This document shows positions 61,683-64,000 of a stretch of 64,000 nucleotides of DNA, one piece after another. Below the pieces are notes generated by a model. It was given only the letters and a program-made list of their open reading frames with translations. It searched no databases and was not told the origin of the DNA. Each line of letters starts with the position of its first letter. Within the stretch, counting starts at the first letter, position 1. The DNA is from Patescibacteria group bacterium. GTDB taxonomy: Bacteria > Patescibacteriota > Kazan-3B-28 > UBA10110. The translations under genes and the position numbers were made by a program. The DNA lies in contig JBAZXK010000001.1 in NCBI GenBank assembly GCA_041659905.1, forward strand, positions 122,670-186,669, in the 5' to 3' direction.

Positions 61683-62985
61683 TGAGTTTAGTGATTGCTG
61701 TTTCTAAACGCTTTAAAGATTCTACTTTGCCTAATGTGGCCAATAATTCTACCGGGCTGGGGCTGCCGGCTAGTCCCGACAAGGCTACTCTTAAGGGCCA
61801 AAATAAGTCTCCTTTTAAAATCCCCTCCGCTGCTATTGTAGCATCTAGAATTTGTTGAAGCTTGTTGATTTCCCAAGACGATTTGCCTGTGGCTGCCAAG
61901 ACTTTATAGGCAATTTGCAATCCTTGGCCAGTGAGAGCCGGGGTGCTTTTGCTAAAAACCAGCAAATTTTTATCATACGCGGGAGTTTGATAAAAATAAT
62001 CTGTTAAATCCGGCAGTTCTGCTAAGAATTGCACTCGTTCTTGCAATAAATGCAGTACTTTTTTGTGGAAAGTAGGCGTACCCGTAAAAGGAATGAATTT
62101 TTTGGCTAATCGGTAATATTCATCAAAAGGCAGCTCTGCTAAGTAGTGGTGGTTAATGTGGTTGAGGTATTTTAAATCAAAAACGGCACCGGCTTTTTGC
62201 ACTCGGGACAGATCGAAAGCCTGAGTAAGCTCATCTAAGTTAAAAAATTCTCTGGCGCCCGGATCGGACCAGCCCAACTGAGCCAAGAAATTAATCAGAG
62301 TGATCGGCAAATAGCCTTTAGTGATATAATCGGCAAAATTCGTATCCCCCGAACGCTTACTCATCTTGGTCCGATCAGGATTGAGGATCATCGGCAAATG
62401 AGCATATTTGGGTATGTCCGCCCCGAAAGCCTGAAACAATAAAATATGTTTGGGCGTATTAGACAGATGATCTTCACCCCTAATCACATGGCTGATCTGC
62501 ATCTGCCAATCGTCAATGACATTCACAAAATGAAACACAAAATCTCCATTGCTTTTAGCGATGACAAAATCGTCAAAACTATTCGCCTCGAATTCAACTT
62601 TTCCTCTAATTAAATCGTCTACGATAATTTGTCCGCTGGTGGGAGTGCGGAAGTAATAAGCCCCATCTTTGAGGTAGGCTTTATCTTCTTTGATCAGTTG
62701 CTTTAAATATTTTTTATAGAAAGAATTTCTCTTTGACTGTTTATATTCTTCGTCCCAATGCAAGCCGACCCATTTGAGTCCGGCCTTAATGTCTTTTTCA
62801 AAAATTGTTTGGCTGCGCTCTTTATCGGTATCTTCGATGCGTAAGATTACGGTTCCATTATGTTTTTTGGCAAACAGATAATTAAATAAGGCCGTGCGTA
62901 CACTGCCGATATGCAACGCCCCGGTCGGGCTAGGCGCAAACCTCACCCTGACGGCCTTCTGATTGCCAACACTTATATCCTCCAT
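61675..62985 (-). CDS. gltX: Glutamate-tRNA ligase
   Basis: RFAPSPTG, HIGS, RIEDTD, RGEDHLSNT, KMSKR. Confidence 0.97.
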   Translation of the reverse strand: MEDISVGNQKAVRVRFAPSPTGALHIGSVRTALFNYLFAKKHNGTVILRIEDTDKERSQTIFEKDIKAGLKWVGLHWDEEYKQSKRNSFYKKYLKQLIKEDKAYLKDGAYYFRTPTSGQIIVDDLIRGKVEFEANSFDDFVIAKSNGDFVFHFVNVIDDWQMQISHVIRGEDHLSNTPKHILLFQAFGADIPKYAHLPMILNPDRTKMSKRSGDTNFADYITKGYLPITLINFLAQLGWSDPGAREFFNLDELTQAFDLSRVQKAGAVFDLKYLNHINHHYLAELPFDEYYRLAKKFIPFTGTPTFHKKVLHLLQERVQFLAELPDLTDYFYQTPAYDKNLLVFSKSTPALTGQGLQIAYKVLAATGKSSWEINKLQQILDATIAAEGILKGDLFWPLRVALSGLAGSPSPVELLATLGKVESLKRLETAITKLNG

Positions 62986-63044
62986 GCTTCTATTGTAACA
63001 AAAACCAGAGCATGATGATGCCCCACTTTAAAATACTGCTTTAA

Positions 63045-63920
63045 TTATTTGTTGAGTTGTGCTAACTTAAATTTCACAACTTTTTTCATAAAATCCAGAG
63101 TGGCGATTTTGATCCTGGTTCGGCGCCACGGTTGCGTCAAATATCGCCAAAACCACTCTAATCCCCTCTTTTGCAACCAAAGCGGAGCCCGTTTGGCTGG
63201 TTTAGCCTCCCCTGCCGGCGCATTAATGGCGATTCCTCCGGCGATAAAATCTAAGGCTCCACCGATACCGATAGCTATTGTGTCGGTAAATTCCCCTGCG
63301 TGATTTTTTATCCACTGGAGTTGCTTGGGAGCAGTCAAAGCCAAAAAGATAAATTTTGGTTGAGCCGATTTGATCTGATGAATCACCTGCTCTTCGCTGT
63401 CATAAGGCGGACCTGCCATCACTCCGGCAATCTGCAAATTAGGATAGAGCCACTGCAAACATTTAGCAGCTTCATTACCGACACCGGGAGCTCCTCCCAC
63501 TAAAAATATTTTCCAATTCCGTTCTGCTGCCAATTTACTTATTTCCCACACCATATCGGCTCCTGTCACGCGCTCGGGAATGATATCGGTCAATGCGGCC
63601 GGTTTAATGATTATATTTATCCCTGAACAGAGCCATTGCCAATAGGCCTGCACGAGAGCCAATGGGCGCCACTTACTCAAAGGCAAGGCCAGATACTTAG
63701 CCGCCCAGAGTACGCCCACGCCATCCGGCAGAGCTAAATCGGCGGCATTAACCACATCGCGAAAATCGGTATCTGTTTGCGATTGCATCACAAATTCCGG
63801 ATTCGGCGTCACAATATAATGACTCCGGCCATCATTAGCCAGCTGTACAATATAATCCAACGCTTCCACGGCAGTGAAAGTATCTATTTTGATACCCAAA
63901 ATGTCTATAATTTTCCGCAT
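63045..63920 (-). CDS. WecB/TagA/CpsF glycosyltransferase
   Basis: IVTPNPE, PDGVGV, ERVTGAD, GIGGALDF, RAP.W....GLEW. Confidence 0.93.
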   Translation of the reverse strand: MRKIIDILGIKIDTFTAVEALDYIVQLANDGRSHYIVTPNPEFVMQSQTDTDFRDVVNAADLALPDGVGVLWAAKYLALPLSKWRPLALVQAYWQWLCSGINIIIKPAALTDIIPERVTGADMVWEISKLAAERNWKIFLVGGAPGVGNEAAKCLQWLYPNLQIAGVMAGPPYDSEEQVIHQIKSAQPKFIFLALTAPKQLQWIKNHAGEFTDTIAIGIGGALDFIAGGIAINAPAGEAKPAKRAPLWLQKRGLEWFWRYLTQPWRRTRIKIATLDFMKKVVKFKLAQLNK

Positions 63921-64000
63921 GCCTTCAGTTCTTCTTTGATTAATTTTATCATTCCGGCTTTAAATTTGTCTTTGCTAAATTTTTGGGCCTGTGCCGAAAT
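63905..64000 (-). CDS. C-terminal fragment of a probable glycosyltransferase
   Basis: ISAQAQKFSKDKFKAGM...; continues beyond the window. Confidence 0.45.
   Translation of the reverse strand: MSAQAQKFSKDKFKAGMIKLIKEELKACGKL

Overview
Bacterial chromosome segment, most likely Patescibacteria/CPR (inferred from the gene set: TrbC/VirB2-like pilin, two DUF87/VirD4-like ATPases, a sigma-r4/HARE-HTH protein, split LigD, a GAD-less AspRS and many orphans). Housekeeping genes: uvrB, dprA, topA, uvrA, uvrC, ligA, gatCAB, mfd, pth, der, a D,D-carboxypeptidase, aspS, nfo, ahpC, gltX, tRNA-Glu(CUC) and tRNA-Gln(CUG). Genes run almost all + up to ~30.3 kb and almost all - after ~32.3 kb. A perfect 11-6-11 inverted repeat (candidate dif site) lies at that switch, so the window probably spans the replication terminus. 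Main unexplained signals: (1) a ~240-nt structured element, with G.U pairs favouring the minus strand, between the candidate dif and a second dif-like site; (2) a ~310-nt structured RNA candidate between mfd and pth with a near-consensus promoter, a boxA-like motif and an anti-Shine-Dalgarno-like loop; (3) several families of small palindromic elements that nest inside one another at the same site and sit in-frame in UvrC, LigD, Pth and an M23 peptidase; (4) a split expression grammar, with many core genes leaderless while orphan genes are self-contained promoter/boxA-like/SD/terminator units; (5) a 24-26 bp AT-rich palindrome repeated three times in an accessory region between two convergent tRNA genes; (6) an AT-rich fused restriction-modification gene inserted between dprA and topA. 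All calls are by eye; no searches or folding programs were run.
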